Source of the DNA: Waterburya sp.
Lineage (GTDB): Bacteria; Cyanobacteriota; Cyanobacteriia; Cyanobacteriales; Xenococcaceae
NCBI GenBank assembly: GCA_965217895.1
Contig: CBDCJV010000002.1
Location: 5,120,001-5,184,000, forward strand
Direction of reading: 5' to 3'
DNA: 64,000 nucleotides
The position numbers and the translations under genes are program-made. Each line of letters starts with the position of its first letter. The stretch's first letter is position 1. Below, in pieces: positions 21,037-30,444 of this stretch. The notes under the pieces were generated by a model, which was not told the origin of the DNA, made no database searches, and saw only the letters and a list, made by a program, of their open reading frames with translations.

Positions 21037-21720
21037 TTGTCACAAACCACTAGCCAAGAATTTATACAGCAAAATTATCCAGAGATAGACATGAATAATT
21101 TAGTATCTAAAAGCATAGAATTTTTGAAATCCAAGGAAAATGACAAATCTGAAATTATTTTAAAAGGAGCAGCATCGGAATTTCTAGCCAATGGTTATGC
21201 TGCAACCAGTATGGATCGAGTCGCCATAGTTAGTGGAGTTTCCAAAGCAACTGTTTATAAATATTTTGGTAACAAAAGAAGGCTGTTTGAAGTTTTGATT
21301 GAGAAATTAACTAAGGTAAAATTAGAGGCGGCAAGGAAGTCGATAAATTCTCAATCTCCTCAAGAAAAACCTGAAATTACTCTAAATAATATAGCAACAA
21401 AACTCTTAATTAATATTGGAGATGATTACAACTTTCAAAATTTGATGCGAATTGTTGTGGCAGAGTCAGGACGCTCTCCAGAACTAGCGATCGCTTACGT
21501 CAATAATTTTGCCAAACCAGCGATCGATATTTTGACTGACTATTTTAAGTCTCATCCTCAACTAAACATTCAAGATGAAGCAGCAACAGCGAGAATATTC
21601 ATCGGTACGTTAGTCCATCATGTAATTCTGCAAAATCTACTATATAGCAGTGAAATTGTTCCTTTAAAGCTTAATTGTTTAGTCAATACTTTAACTGACT
21701 TAATTATTTTTTCTAAATAA
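21037..21720 (+). CDS. TetR/AcrR family regulator (true start may be ATG 21091)
   Basis: IL.GA..EFL.NGY..TSMD.VA...GVSKATVY.YF.NK HTH. Confidence 0.9.
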   Translation: MSQTTSQEFIQQNYPEIDMNNLVSKSIEFLKSKENDKSEIILKGAASEFLANGYAATSMDRVAIVSGVSKATVYKYFGNKRRLFEVLIEKLTKVKLEAARKSINSQSPQEKPEITLNNIATKLLINIGDDYNFQNLMRIVVAESGRSPELAIAYVNNFAKPAIDILTDYFKSHPQLNIQDEAATARIFIGTLVHHVILQNLLYSSEIVPLKLNCLVNTLTDLIIFSK

Positions 21721-21838
21721 TAATAAAAACTTATTTACATTCTAGACCGAATAATTTAATAAAAGTAAGTAATATAAATGCAATTATTAATTGCATAAGT
21801 AATACGAAGCAATAATTATTAGATATTATTTAATCTAT

Positions 21839-23471
21839 CCCTCTTTTGTCACTTTCCGAAACTTGAATTACAATAGAAAAAATTTTTAGAAGCTGAGAGA
21901 GAGAGAGGGCAATGGATGTAGAATTACAGATTCTCAACAGGCGAGTGGAATAAGCTCCCTAGACGGGAGCATTTCCTCGCCTCAAACATTTAAAGCGATC
22001 GCCAACATCTACGGTTTCCATAATAGATCGTTATTGCGACTCTTATAATGACTTGTTTTCTAATGACTTGTTTTCTGATGTCAGAAATTATGAATGTTTC
22101 AAATATTTACATCAAGGAATTATCTCATCAATCAAAAGAAAATCATTACCAGAGATAGCCAACTCGCGCGTTCCCTAGCGTCTTGAAAAGACGCGGGGTC
22201 GCTCGTCAAAGTAGTAGGAGTATCTTCATCTCAATCATTACATCATTTCGTAGCTAATTCACCTTGGTCAATAACAGAATTAAGAACTAGAAGATTAACT
22301 TTATTAACTTTAACTAAAAATACTTTAAAAGAACGAAAAATCACGTTGGTAATTGACGAAACAGGAGATAGAAAAAAAGGAAAGAAAACCGATTATGTAG
22401 CTAGGCAGTATTTGGGAAGCGTAGGCAAAATAGACAACGGTATAGTATCGGTAAATGCTTATGGTGTTTATGAGAATATAACTTTTCCTCTATTGTTTAA
22501 AATCTTCAAACCTAAAGGAACATTAAAAGAGTCAGATACTTACAAAACAAAGATTGAGTTAGCATCTTCTATCGTGACTGAGCTAATAGAATTCGGATTT
22601 AAAATTGGATTAGTATTAGCCGATAGTTTATATGGCGAAGCTAGTTCATTTATTAGAACATTGGAGAAATATCAACTACCTTGGGTTGTGGCAATTAGAA
22701 GCAATCATGGAGTCTGGCTGTCTCAAGAACAAAAGGTCAGAGCTAACAAATGGTGTAAATTTAAGAGAACTTTTAGCAACCAAAAAGCGGTGCGACCCCG
22801 CGCCGACGTAAGGCGCAAGGGAACGCGCACCAAGACATCTGAAATAAGGTATATCAGAGAAATAATTGATGGTCGAAGAAATCATAGAACTTATTGGGAA
22901 ATAACTACCGACCCTGAAACTATGCCAGAGAATTCCACTTCTTTTGTAATGACTAATATTCAGTTAAGTCGGAACAAAATGAAACAAACTTTAGGTAATC
23001 TATACGGAATGAGAACATGGGTAGAATATGGATTTCGGCAATGCAAACAAGAATTAGGATGGACTGATTATCGATTTACTAGTTTTCAGGAAATTAATAA
23101 GTGGTGGGAAATAATTTTTTCAGCTTACTGGATGGTCAGTTCCCATTCCAAAGTCTTCTGTGACTTAAATCAATCTCAGACTTTATCTACTTCCAAAATT
23201 CCAAGTGAAAAATTCATTCCTAATTTTAATCTTCATCAACAATGGTCAAACGAAGGGGGATGGAAAACGACCTTAAACAATTTACGTCTAATTATTCAAC
23301 CAACAATTGTATTCTGGATGATTATGCCCTGGTTAGATGTTTTTCCCAATCGTTCTTTGCTACTTGGTTTTCATCAACTCATTGCTGTCATGAATCAATT
23401 TTATTTTTCTTTTCCTGATGGATAGATTTTGTTTTTGCTATTTTTAAATCTCGGAAAGTGACATAAGAGGG
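21839..23471 (+). mobile_element. IS701 family insertion sequence, degenerate
   Basis: 21-bp terminal IRs CCCTCTTTTGTCACTTTCCGA / TCGGAAAGTGACATAAGAGGG (1 mismatch). Confidence 0.92.
21912..23425 (+). pseudogene. IS701 transposase disrupted by micro-insertions and duplications
   Basis: MDVELQIL start; IDETGDRKKGKKTDYVARQYLG, LADSLYG, WVEYGFRQCKQELGW. In-frame stop at 21951; 47-bp insertion at 22161. Confidence 0.9.
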
Positions 23472-23579
23472 CTAAGATGGAGACTTGAAAAAATTTTTAC
23501 TCGATCGCGAAGGTGGCTTGTATCAATCGAACTTTAATATAAGGTGCGATCGCAATGGTCGTTTTGACTATAAAACCTA

Positions 23580-23930
23580 TTATATTGGTTTTCCTAGCAA
23601 CTGCGTTAATTTACTCTTGTCAATCTCATGTCTCATAGCTTCGTTATTGATGACAAATACTTGAAAATAGGTATCTCGATTGGGCAAAATACTTGGTGGA
23701 TAATGCTCAACTAACATCATCTTATTCGGAAATAGATCGTAAAGATTGCTGACAAAATTAATTATTTCTTGAGTGACATTAGCGATTTTCTTGCCAGGAT
23801 TGTCGGTAATATCTGTGGCAATAACTATGGCTTTTTCCCAAGTAACCCAATAAATGCGTATACGACACTTATTAGGTCGATCGTCGCCCTCTGACTCCCA
23901 AAAGAGAACTGTATCTATATTATCGGTCAC
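23580..23930 (-). CDS. Hypothetical protein
   Basis: 116-aa ORF with CRIRIY..VIATD..DNPG..I.N..EHY pattern that I recall from small cyanobacterial proteins. Confidence 0.65.
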   Translation of the reverse strand: MTDNIDTVLFWESEGDDRPNKCRIRIYWVTWEKAIVIATDITDNPGKKIANVTQEIINFVSNLYDLFPNKMMLVEHYPPSILPNRDTYFQVFVINNEAMRHEIDKSKLTQLLGKPI

Positions 23931-24219
23931 GATAACTCAAAATTTTTTAGCTTGTATAGCAGAGATAAACATTTGGTTTAAATAGCCAACTCTTAACTTT
24001 TGCATATTATTTAAAGAATGTCTGACCGTTAGCGGACATAGAAGTAACCCTTGCCAAGAGAATATTTCCAATCTCCTGTTAATCTTTCTTATACTGTTCT
24101 GTACTGTAACAGCAACTATAAATTTAAAATAAGACAAAATTAAGACACTTACATAGCAAAATAATGTTGTAGCATACAAAAAGTATATTATAATTCTAAA
24201 AGTTCCAGTTTAATTAAAA

Positions 24220-24255
24220 TAGACCAAATCATTTTGGACAAAATGATTTGGTCTA
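24220..24255. repeat. Perfect 17-bp inverted repeat with 2-nt spacer upstream of the Crp/Fnr gene
   Basis: TAGACCAAATCATTTTG-GA-CAAAATGATTTGGTCTA. Confidence 0.85.
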
Positions 24256-24298
24256 GGTTTCCTAGCTAACTCCAATAAAGTTTAGAGATATACACAAA

Positions 24299-25006
24299 TT
24301 GTCCTCACCAAATTTAAGCAAGCCAGTCAATCGGCTATTAGCTGCTCTACCAGCCGAAGACTATCAACGCCTTTCCCCTCATTTAGAGCCAGTAAAGTTG
24401 CTTCAGCATCAAATTCTATTTAATGCTGGAGAAAACTATAAATATGCTTACTTTCCCTCCCACTCAATTGTTTCTACCGTGGTGACTATGGAAAACGGTT
24501 CAACAACAGAGATTGGAGTCATTGGCAATGAAGGCATGGTGGGGTTGCCAATCGTCTTAAATACTAGTTATACAAACTCTACAGCTATAGTTCAGGTGGG
24601 TAACGGTGGCTATCGAATTGCTGCCAAGCGACTACAAGAAGAGTTCAATCGTCAAGGAGCGTTAAATCGTCTGCTGATGCACTACGTTCAAGCTCGCATC
24701 ATCCAGCTTGGTCAAACTGCTGCCTGTAATCGCTATCACCACCTTGAGCAGCGATTTGCTCGTTGGTTGCTCACCCTACGAGACAATCTTCAACAAGATG
24801 AATTCCAGTTAACTCAAGAATTTATCTCCCAAATGCTGGGAATGCGCCGTACTGGTGTAACCGAGGTAGCTAGCAAATTTAAAAAAGCAGGCATTATTAA
24901 CTATAAACGTGGCACGATACGTATTGTCTCTCAAGAAAAGCTAGAAGCTCATACCTGCGAATGTTACTGGCTAATTGCTGAAGAGTTTTCTCGGTTGCTC
25001 GATTGA
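24299..25006 (+). CDS. Crp/Fnr family transcriptional regulator
   Basis: NRLLAALP, IGNEGMVG, ACNRYH..EQR.ARWLL, LTQEFISQMLG.RR.GV, CECY. Confidence 0.93.
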   Translation: MSSPNLSKPVNRLLAALPAEDYQRLSPHLEPVKLLQHQILFNAGENYKYAYFPSHSIVSTVVTMENGSTTEIGVIGNEGMVGLPIVLNTSYTNSTAIVQVGNGGYRIAAKRLQEEFNRQGALNRLLMHYVQARIIQLGQTAACNRYHHLEQRFARWLLTLRDNLQQDEFQLTQEFISQMLGMRRTGVTEVASKFKKAGIINYKRGTIRIVSQEKLEAHTCECYWLIAEEFSRLLD

Positions 25007-25111
25007 TCTTGAAAGCTAAAAGCTAAGAGCTAGTAATGTTCTGTACATCATTACTTAAATCAGCAACGCCGAAAGAGTTATACTACTGAGTTGTTGTTTT
25101 GTTGCTGAAAA

Positions 25112-27259
25112 ATGTCTATGGTTGACTTGTTGCGATATTGCGCTGGAATAACTTTATGGGCGTGTTTTCTACAAACATCTTCTTTAGCTTCGCAATTGTC
25201 TGAAGTTAAGACAAAAGCGAGTTTTCTGCCTAGCAAATTAAATTTATTAACCACGCAGCCAGATTCAGACATTACAACAAATTCTCCTCGTTATTTAATT
25301 ACTCAAGAACGTCAAGGTGAGCAAAGAAAATTTCAAATACCGACTAATCAGGAGTTTCAACCATCAATTCCCATTGAAGAAATTAAAGTAATCGAGGTAA
25401 TTGCCGATCGCCAAGAATATGACGAACAAAGAAAAGTAATTACGGCGAAAGGTAATGTAGTCATGCGTTTTGCTCAATCTGTCATGACTAGCGATCGCTT
25501 GGAAATAAATTTAAGCGATCGTCTTGCAGTTGCCAAGGGTAATGTCGTCCTTAAACGAGGTCAACAGGTATTGCGGGGAGCAAAGTTTGAATATTATCTA
25601 GTTAGCGATCGCGGTATGATTTTTAATGCCAGAGGCGAAATCTATCAGCCTAGTTTAAATCAAGATACCAACGTTAACCAAAGATTAGCACCAGAACAAA
25701 CAATCTTCGATCGGGCTTTGAGCGATCGCCTGATTAACGCCCAACCCTTAACAGGTGTAACTGCTGGTGAGGGTATTGGGGCTACTATAGGCAGCAGCAG
25801 AGATACAAATTTAGGAACTAGCAATAATTCTATAGGCGGGACAATTAATCGTCTGCGCTTTCAGGCTAATCGCTTAGACTTTGCTGGAACTAACTGGAAA
25901 GCAAGCAATCTGCGTCTGACTAACGATCCTTTTTCTCCGCCTGAACTAGAATTACGCGCCAAAACCGCTACTTTTGAGCAAGCTGCTCCTTTGGTAAATA
26001 AACTGACTACCAAAAAGTCTCGTGTAGTAATTGACGATAGTTTAGCCTTACCACTTTTAGCTAGTACGTATGTCTTTGATGGTCGCCGTGGTCGAGGTGG
26101 TGGATTGTTTAGTCTGGGTTTTGACGGGCAAGACCGAGGCGGTTTATATATTGAGAGAACTTGGCGCATTCTTGACGGGACAAAATATAGCTGGAATATT
26201 ACTCCACAATACTTTTTAGAGCGAGCTTTATTTCCTACTACCTTTAGCTTTAGCAATGCTGAGGATGGAGGCTTTGATTTAGCAACGTTGGGCTTAAGAA
26301 GCGATTTTCAGGCAAATTTGACCCCCCGCAGCAATTTTGAAGCTAATTTTTCCTTAAGCAGCTTTAATTTTAATAATCTAGAAGATAATTTACGAGCCAA
26401 GGTTGGCATACAGCAAACCCTAGGTAATGTAGCTAATCCTTATACATTCGATCTGGCATACAACTATCGCGATCGCCTGTTTAATGGTTCTTTGGGCTTT
26501 CAAACAGTTAGAAGTAGTATTGGTGGGGTGCTGACTTCGCCAAATATTGCGATCGCTAATACTGGCGTTAATCTAAGATATCAGGCTTCAATTCAAAACA
26601 TCAATGCCGATACCGATAGGCAAGACCTCTTTAACGTAGATAGAAACAATAACCGCATCAACCTTACTCGTTATCAGGGAGCGGTGTTTCTCAATAAAAG
26701 CTTTCCTATCTGGTCGGGAACAGCATTGCCAAGTAATCAATACCAAGGATTGCGCTATACTCCCGTGCCTGTAGTTCCCTATTTAGAAATATATACGGGA
26801 ATTTCAGGAGTAGGTAGCTTTTATAGTAATAGTGATACTCAGCTATCTTTAGAAGGAACTATCGGTATTCAAGGGCAAATAGGTCACTTTTCTCGTTCTT
26901 GGCTCGACTATACAGGATTTAAGCTTGGTTACTCGCAAAATCTTCGTGGAGATGAATCGCCTTTTCTCTTTGATCGTTTAGTGGATCGTCAAGTTCTCGA
27001 TCTGGGATTGACTCAACAAATTTATGGACCAATTCGTTTGGGGGTTCAGACATCTATTGATTTAAATAATAATCAGGAAATCAGTACAGATTACCTTGTA
27101 GAATACAGTCGTCGAACTCACAATATTACTCTACGCTACAATCCCGTGTTACAAGTTGGTTCTTTTAGCCTCCGCATCAGCGACTTTAACTGGCAGGGAA
27201 ATCCTCAACCTTTTGATAATGAAGGAATTAGCCCAGTTATTCAGGGAGTTAAACAATAA
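25112..27259 (+). CDS. DUF3769 / LptD-like outer membrane protein
   Basis: OstA-like N-terminus (ADRQEYD, A.GNV), TNDPFSPPELE, YRDRLFNGSLGFQTV. Confidence 0.88.
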   Translation: MSMVDLLRYCAGITLWACFLQTSSLASQLSEVKTKASFLPSKLNLLTTQPDSDITTNSPRYLITQERQGEQRKFQIPTNQEFQPSIPIEEIKVIEVIADRQEYDEQRKVITAKGNVVMRFAQSVMTSDRLEINLSDRLAVAKGNVVLKRGQQVLRGAKFEYYLVSDRGMIFNARGEIYQPSLNQDTNVNQRLAPEQTIFDRALSDRLINAQPLTGVTAGEGIGATIGSSRDTNLGTSNNSIGGTINRLRFQANRLDFAGTNWKASNLRLTNDPFSPPELELRAKTATFEQAAPLVNKLTTKKSRVVIDDSLALPLLASTYVFDGRRGRGGGLFSLGFDGQDRGGLYIERTWRILDGTKYSWNITPQYFLERALFPTTFSFSNAEDGGFDLATLGLRSDFQANLTPRSNFEANFSLSSFNFNNLEDNLRAKVGIQQTLGNVANPYTFDLAYNYRDRLFNGSLGFQTVRSSIGGVLTSPNIAIANTGVNLRYQASIQNINADTDRQDLFNVDRNNNRINLTRYQGAVFLNKSFPIWSGTALPSNQYQGLRYTPVPVVPYLEIYTGISGVGSFYSNSDTQLSLEGTIGIQGQIGHFSRSWLDYTGFKLGYSQNLRGDESPFLFDRLVDRQVLDLGLTQQIYGPIRLGVQTSIDLNNNQEISTDYLVEYSRRTHNITLRYNPVLQVGSFSLRISDFNWQGNPQPFDNEGISPVIQGVKQ

Positions 27260-27269
27260 CTAATAACTT

Positions 27270-27456
27270 AAGTAGCAAGTAGCAGATAGCAGATAGCAAT
27301 GCTTTAAAGTAGTAATTAGCAGATAGCAGATAGCAATGCTTTAAAGTAGTAATTAGCAGATAGCAGATAGCAATGCTTTAAAGTAGCAAGTAGCAGATAG
27401 CAGATAGCAGATAGCAATGCTTTAAAGTAGTAATTAGCAATTAGCAGATAGCAATT
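27270..27456 (+). repeat. Composite tandem repeat: ~37-bp units built from heptamers (TAGCAGA/TAGCAAG) plus ATGCTTTA
   Basis: Four full units (37, 37, 37, 44 bp) and one partial unit; no unique spacers. Confidence 0.92.
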
Positions 27457-27529
27457 AAGAAAGTTCAAAATTTGCTACTTAAGTAAAGCTTGTCAATGAT
27501 AAAATTAAGTTACACAACTTAATTTTATC

Positions 27530-27749
27530 ATGAATAATCATAACATTTCGATACAAGATAGAACTAGAAATTTTGCGAATAGAGTAATAAAAGTCTATGT
27601 AGAATTAAACAAGAGAAAATACGATGATGCTGGTAAAGTTTTGTCTAAACAATTTCTTAGAAGTGGCACTAGCATTGGTGCAAACTGCTGTGAGGCTGAG
27701 TTCGCACAATCGAGAGCAGATTTTAGATCTAAACTAACTATTGCCTTAA
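27530..27749 (+). pseudogene. Four-helix-bundle protein (TIGR02436-like), N-terminal 73 codons
   Basis: RT..FA..VI...LSKQFLRSGTSIGANCCEA..AQSRADF.SKL.IAL; family similarity stops at the element end. Confidence 0.92.
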
Positions 27750-27874
27750 ATTATATAACCCTCAATATTAATAATAAACAACAACAACAATGGTTGTATT
27801 TTTTTCTGTTGAGTAAAGTTACAATTACCCAAATTCTATATTCTTTTACGAGTATTATGGTGTATAGTTAATAC

Positions 27875-28969
27875 ATGATGCTCACACTACAGAAAGGAAC
27901 TGACCCACACACAAATAAAACCATCTGGATAATGCTGGATGAAGACTATCAGGTAATCGAACCGATACAGCGTTATTTGACTTCTTTATGCGCTACCAAG
28001 TCGCCTAATACTGTACAAGCCTATGGAACAGATTTAAAGCGATGGTGGGAATTTCTCGACCATAAGTGCTTGGATTGGCGTAATGTAAATATTCATCAGG
28101 ATTTAGAGGACTTTGCTTATTGGTTGAGAGTAGGAGATACAAAGGTGATTTCTCTACAGCCAGTAGAAGCCGATAGATCGGAGAAGACTATTAATAGAGC
28201 GATTACTGCTGTGTCAACTTTCTACGACTATCACCTGTGCAACCAAACAGTTGATTTTAGCGAGTTTGAGAGGTTTCATGCGATCTATAAAACGGGGAAC
28301 ACCAGAGTCGGTACGACAGGTATATTGACTGGTATTGCCAAAGCAAAACCAACCAGGGAAAAGTTAGTCAAACTCAAAGAAACTAAGAAATTCCCAGGCT
28401 GTCTGACCGATGAGCAAATAGAAACATTAGTTGATGCCTGTAGCAATCTTAGGGACAAGCTAATGATTCTGATGTTTAACGGAACTGGCATACGTAAAGG
28501 TGCGCTTTGTGGCTTAAAACACGAAGACGTTGGGGATTTTGGAGATTACTTTATTCGAGTAGTCAGAAGAGAAGACAACCCTAATGGAGCATTAGTTAAG
28601 ACAAAAGAGAGGACAATTCCAGTAACTAAGGAGCTGCTCCAACTATATGACGAGTACTTAATGAATGAGTATCCAGGCGTGGATTCAGAATATGTGTTTG
28701 TCAATATCTGGGAAGGGGATATCGGTGCGCCAATAATGCTGACATTGCCTAACAAAATACTTACAGGCTTGGAAGAAAAAACAGGTATTAGAGTTTATCC
28801 ACATTTATTTAGACATACTTATGCCACTCGTCTTTTGAAAGCGGGATATTCACCAGAGAGAGTCAAATATTTGTTGGGTCACGCTAGTATTGCTACCACT
28901 TTGGATGTCTATTCTCATGTCATCAACGAAACAAATCTATGGGAAGTAATCGAGAGAGAAGAAAAATGA
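27875..28969 (+). CDS. Tyrosine recombinase 1 (Tn554 TnpA-like)
   Basis: SPNTVQAY, GIRKG, PHLFRHTYAT, LLGHASIATT..VY. Confidence 0.93.
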   Translation: MMLTLQKGTDPHTNKTIWIMLDEDYQVIEPIQRYLTSLCATKSPNTVQAYGTDLKRWWEFLDHKCLDWRNVNIHQDLEDFAYWLRVGDTKVISLQPVEADRSEKTINRAITAVSTFYDYHLCNQTVDFSEFERFHAIYKTGNTRVGTTGILTGIAKAKPTREKLVKLKETKKFPGCLTDEQIETLVDACSNLRDKLMILMFNGTGIRKGALCGLKHEDVGDFGDYFIRVVRREDNPNGALVKTKERTIPVTKELLQLYDEYLMNEYPGVDSEYVFVNIWEGDIGAPIMLTLPNKILTGLEEKTGIRVYPHLFRHTYATRLLKAGYSPERVKYLLGHASIATTLDVYSHVINETNLWEVIEREEK

Positions 28970-30444
28970 GCTTAAATCAATTTGATTGGCTAGACGATTA
29001 TCAAGATCTATTTGAAGAAAAGCTACCGTCGCAATTATTATTAAATCCTCTGCTACAAAAAAATATATGGCATACAGTTAATGATTTAAACTTGAAGATT
29101 AGTCCGCATCAAAAAGTATGGACTCTTAACTTTCAGAGTATTTCTCAAGATTGGTTTAGACTTCTTGTCAAGCTATACATATTAGTCAAAGCCAAACCAA
29201 ATCAGCCTGGTAATACCATCAAAGGGTTTGTTATTTATTTGAGAGGATTCTCTAAGTTTTTAGACAAAAGAAATATTTACAGTCCCAAACATATAGATAA
29301 TCAAGTATTTGAAGAATTTGACTATTATCTAAAAGCTAAAGGGCTAAAAGATAGCTCTCTGGGACATTATCGAAGTACAATCTGCAATTTTTTCGATACC
29401 TGCCGTACTGAAGGATGGATTGATGTTAATACTTATTGGTTTAGAGGCAAGCGCAACAGAGTTCATGTTAACAACGATGAAGTTGACTACATTCCCGAAG
29501 AAGTTTGGCATCAACTAGAAGAAAATCTACATTACTTGCCAGAACCAGTACAGAGGATGATCCTGGTAATAAAAACAACAGGTATTCGAGGTGGCGAACT
29601 TTTAAATTTACCATTGGACTGTCTGAGGAAAAGAGGTAAGCAATGGAGGCTTCGTCTTACAACAGAGAAATACGACATTAAAGATGAAATACCAATAACT
29701 GTTCCAGAATTAGTTGCAGTAATTAAAGAACAACAAAAATACATAAAACAAATTTTCGGTGATAAATTTGATAATTTATTTTGTAGCAATCATCCTGGTC
29801 ATCATCGCAAAGATGGAACTCTTTCTTTTTCTCCTAACTCTAGTGTGATGAGTACAGGTACTTTTAACTTATGGCTGAATAGATTAGCCGAAAAAATTAA
29901 CATCCTTACTTCAGAAGGTGAAATCTACGAGTTTAAATCTCATCAATTTAGAAGGACAGTGGGTACTGTTATGACCAATGCAGGTGTCAGAGATTTAATT
30001 GCTCAAAAATATCTCAGACATCGTAGTCCAGATATGTTGCCCCATTATCAACATCTTCTTAAGCAAACATTAGGAGATGAATTTGAGGAGTTGATTAAGG
30101 ATAAAAAATATCATGATATATCGGGAAAAGTAGTCGAAATAATTAAAGGTAAAAATCCGATTACTGAATTTATTCGTCGCAAAATGTATCCTTTTACAAC
30201 CCAATACGGGGAATGCCATCGACCAATTTTAAAATCACCCTGTCAAACAGTTAATGCTTGCTGGAGATGCGAATATTGGCGAATAACCGATGGTGATTTG
30301 AATTATCTCAAAGAAGATTTTGCGAGAGTCGAGGAAGAATTAAAGGTAGCCAAAACACTTTCTATGACTAGGCAACAACAAGGATTAGAAGATGACAGGA
30401 ATAACTTAAGTGCGATTATTCAAGGTGTAGAAGAAAACAGATGA
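28966..30444 (+). CDS. Tyrosine recombinase 2 (Tn554 TnpB-like, C-terminal Cys cluster)
   Basis: TGIRGGE, SHQFRR, YLRH..P.M..HY, YGEC..PC...NAC.RC. The ATG at 28966 overlaps the upstream stop (ATGA). Confidence 0.92.
   Translation: MSLNQFDWLDDYQDLFEEKLPSQLLLNPLLQKNIWHTVNDLNLKISPHQKVWTLNFQSISQDWFRLLVKLYILVKAKPNQPGNTIKGFVIYLRGFSKFLDKRNIYSPKHIDNQVFEEFDYYLKAKGLKDSSLGHYRSTICNFFDTCRTEGWIDVNTYWFRGKRNRVHVNNDEVDYIPEEVWHQLEENLHYLPEPVQRMILVIKTTGIRGGELLNLPLDCLRKRGKQWRLRLTTEKYDIKDEIPITVPELVAVIKEQQKYIKQIFGDKFDNLFCSNHPGHHRKDGTLSFSPNSSVMSTGTFNLWLNRLAEKINILTSEGEIYEFKSHQFRRTVGTVMTNAGVRDLIAQKYLRHRSPDMLPHYQHLLKQTLGDEFEELIKDKKYHDISGKVVEIIKGKNPITEFIRRKMYPFTTQYGECHRPILKSPCQTVNACWRCEYWRITDGDLNYLKEDFARVEEELKVAKTLSMTRQQQGLEDDRNNLSAIIQGVEENR

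Noticed and set aside
27270..27456. Possible CRISPR array (37-bp periodicity)
   Set aside because: Units are contiguous and heptamer-built with no unique spacers; no cas genes in the window.
27530..27871. ORF-track proteins of 113 aa (27530) and 61 aa (36581) as independent genes
   Set aside because: Each is half of the split FHB gene plus read-through into element-end sequence.
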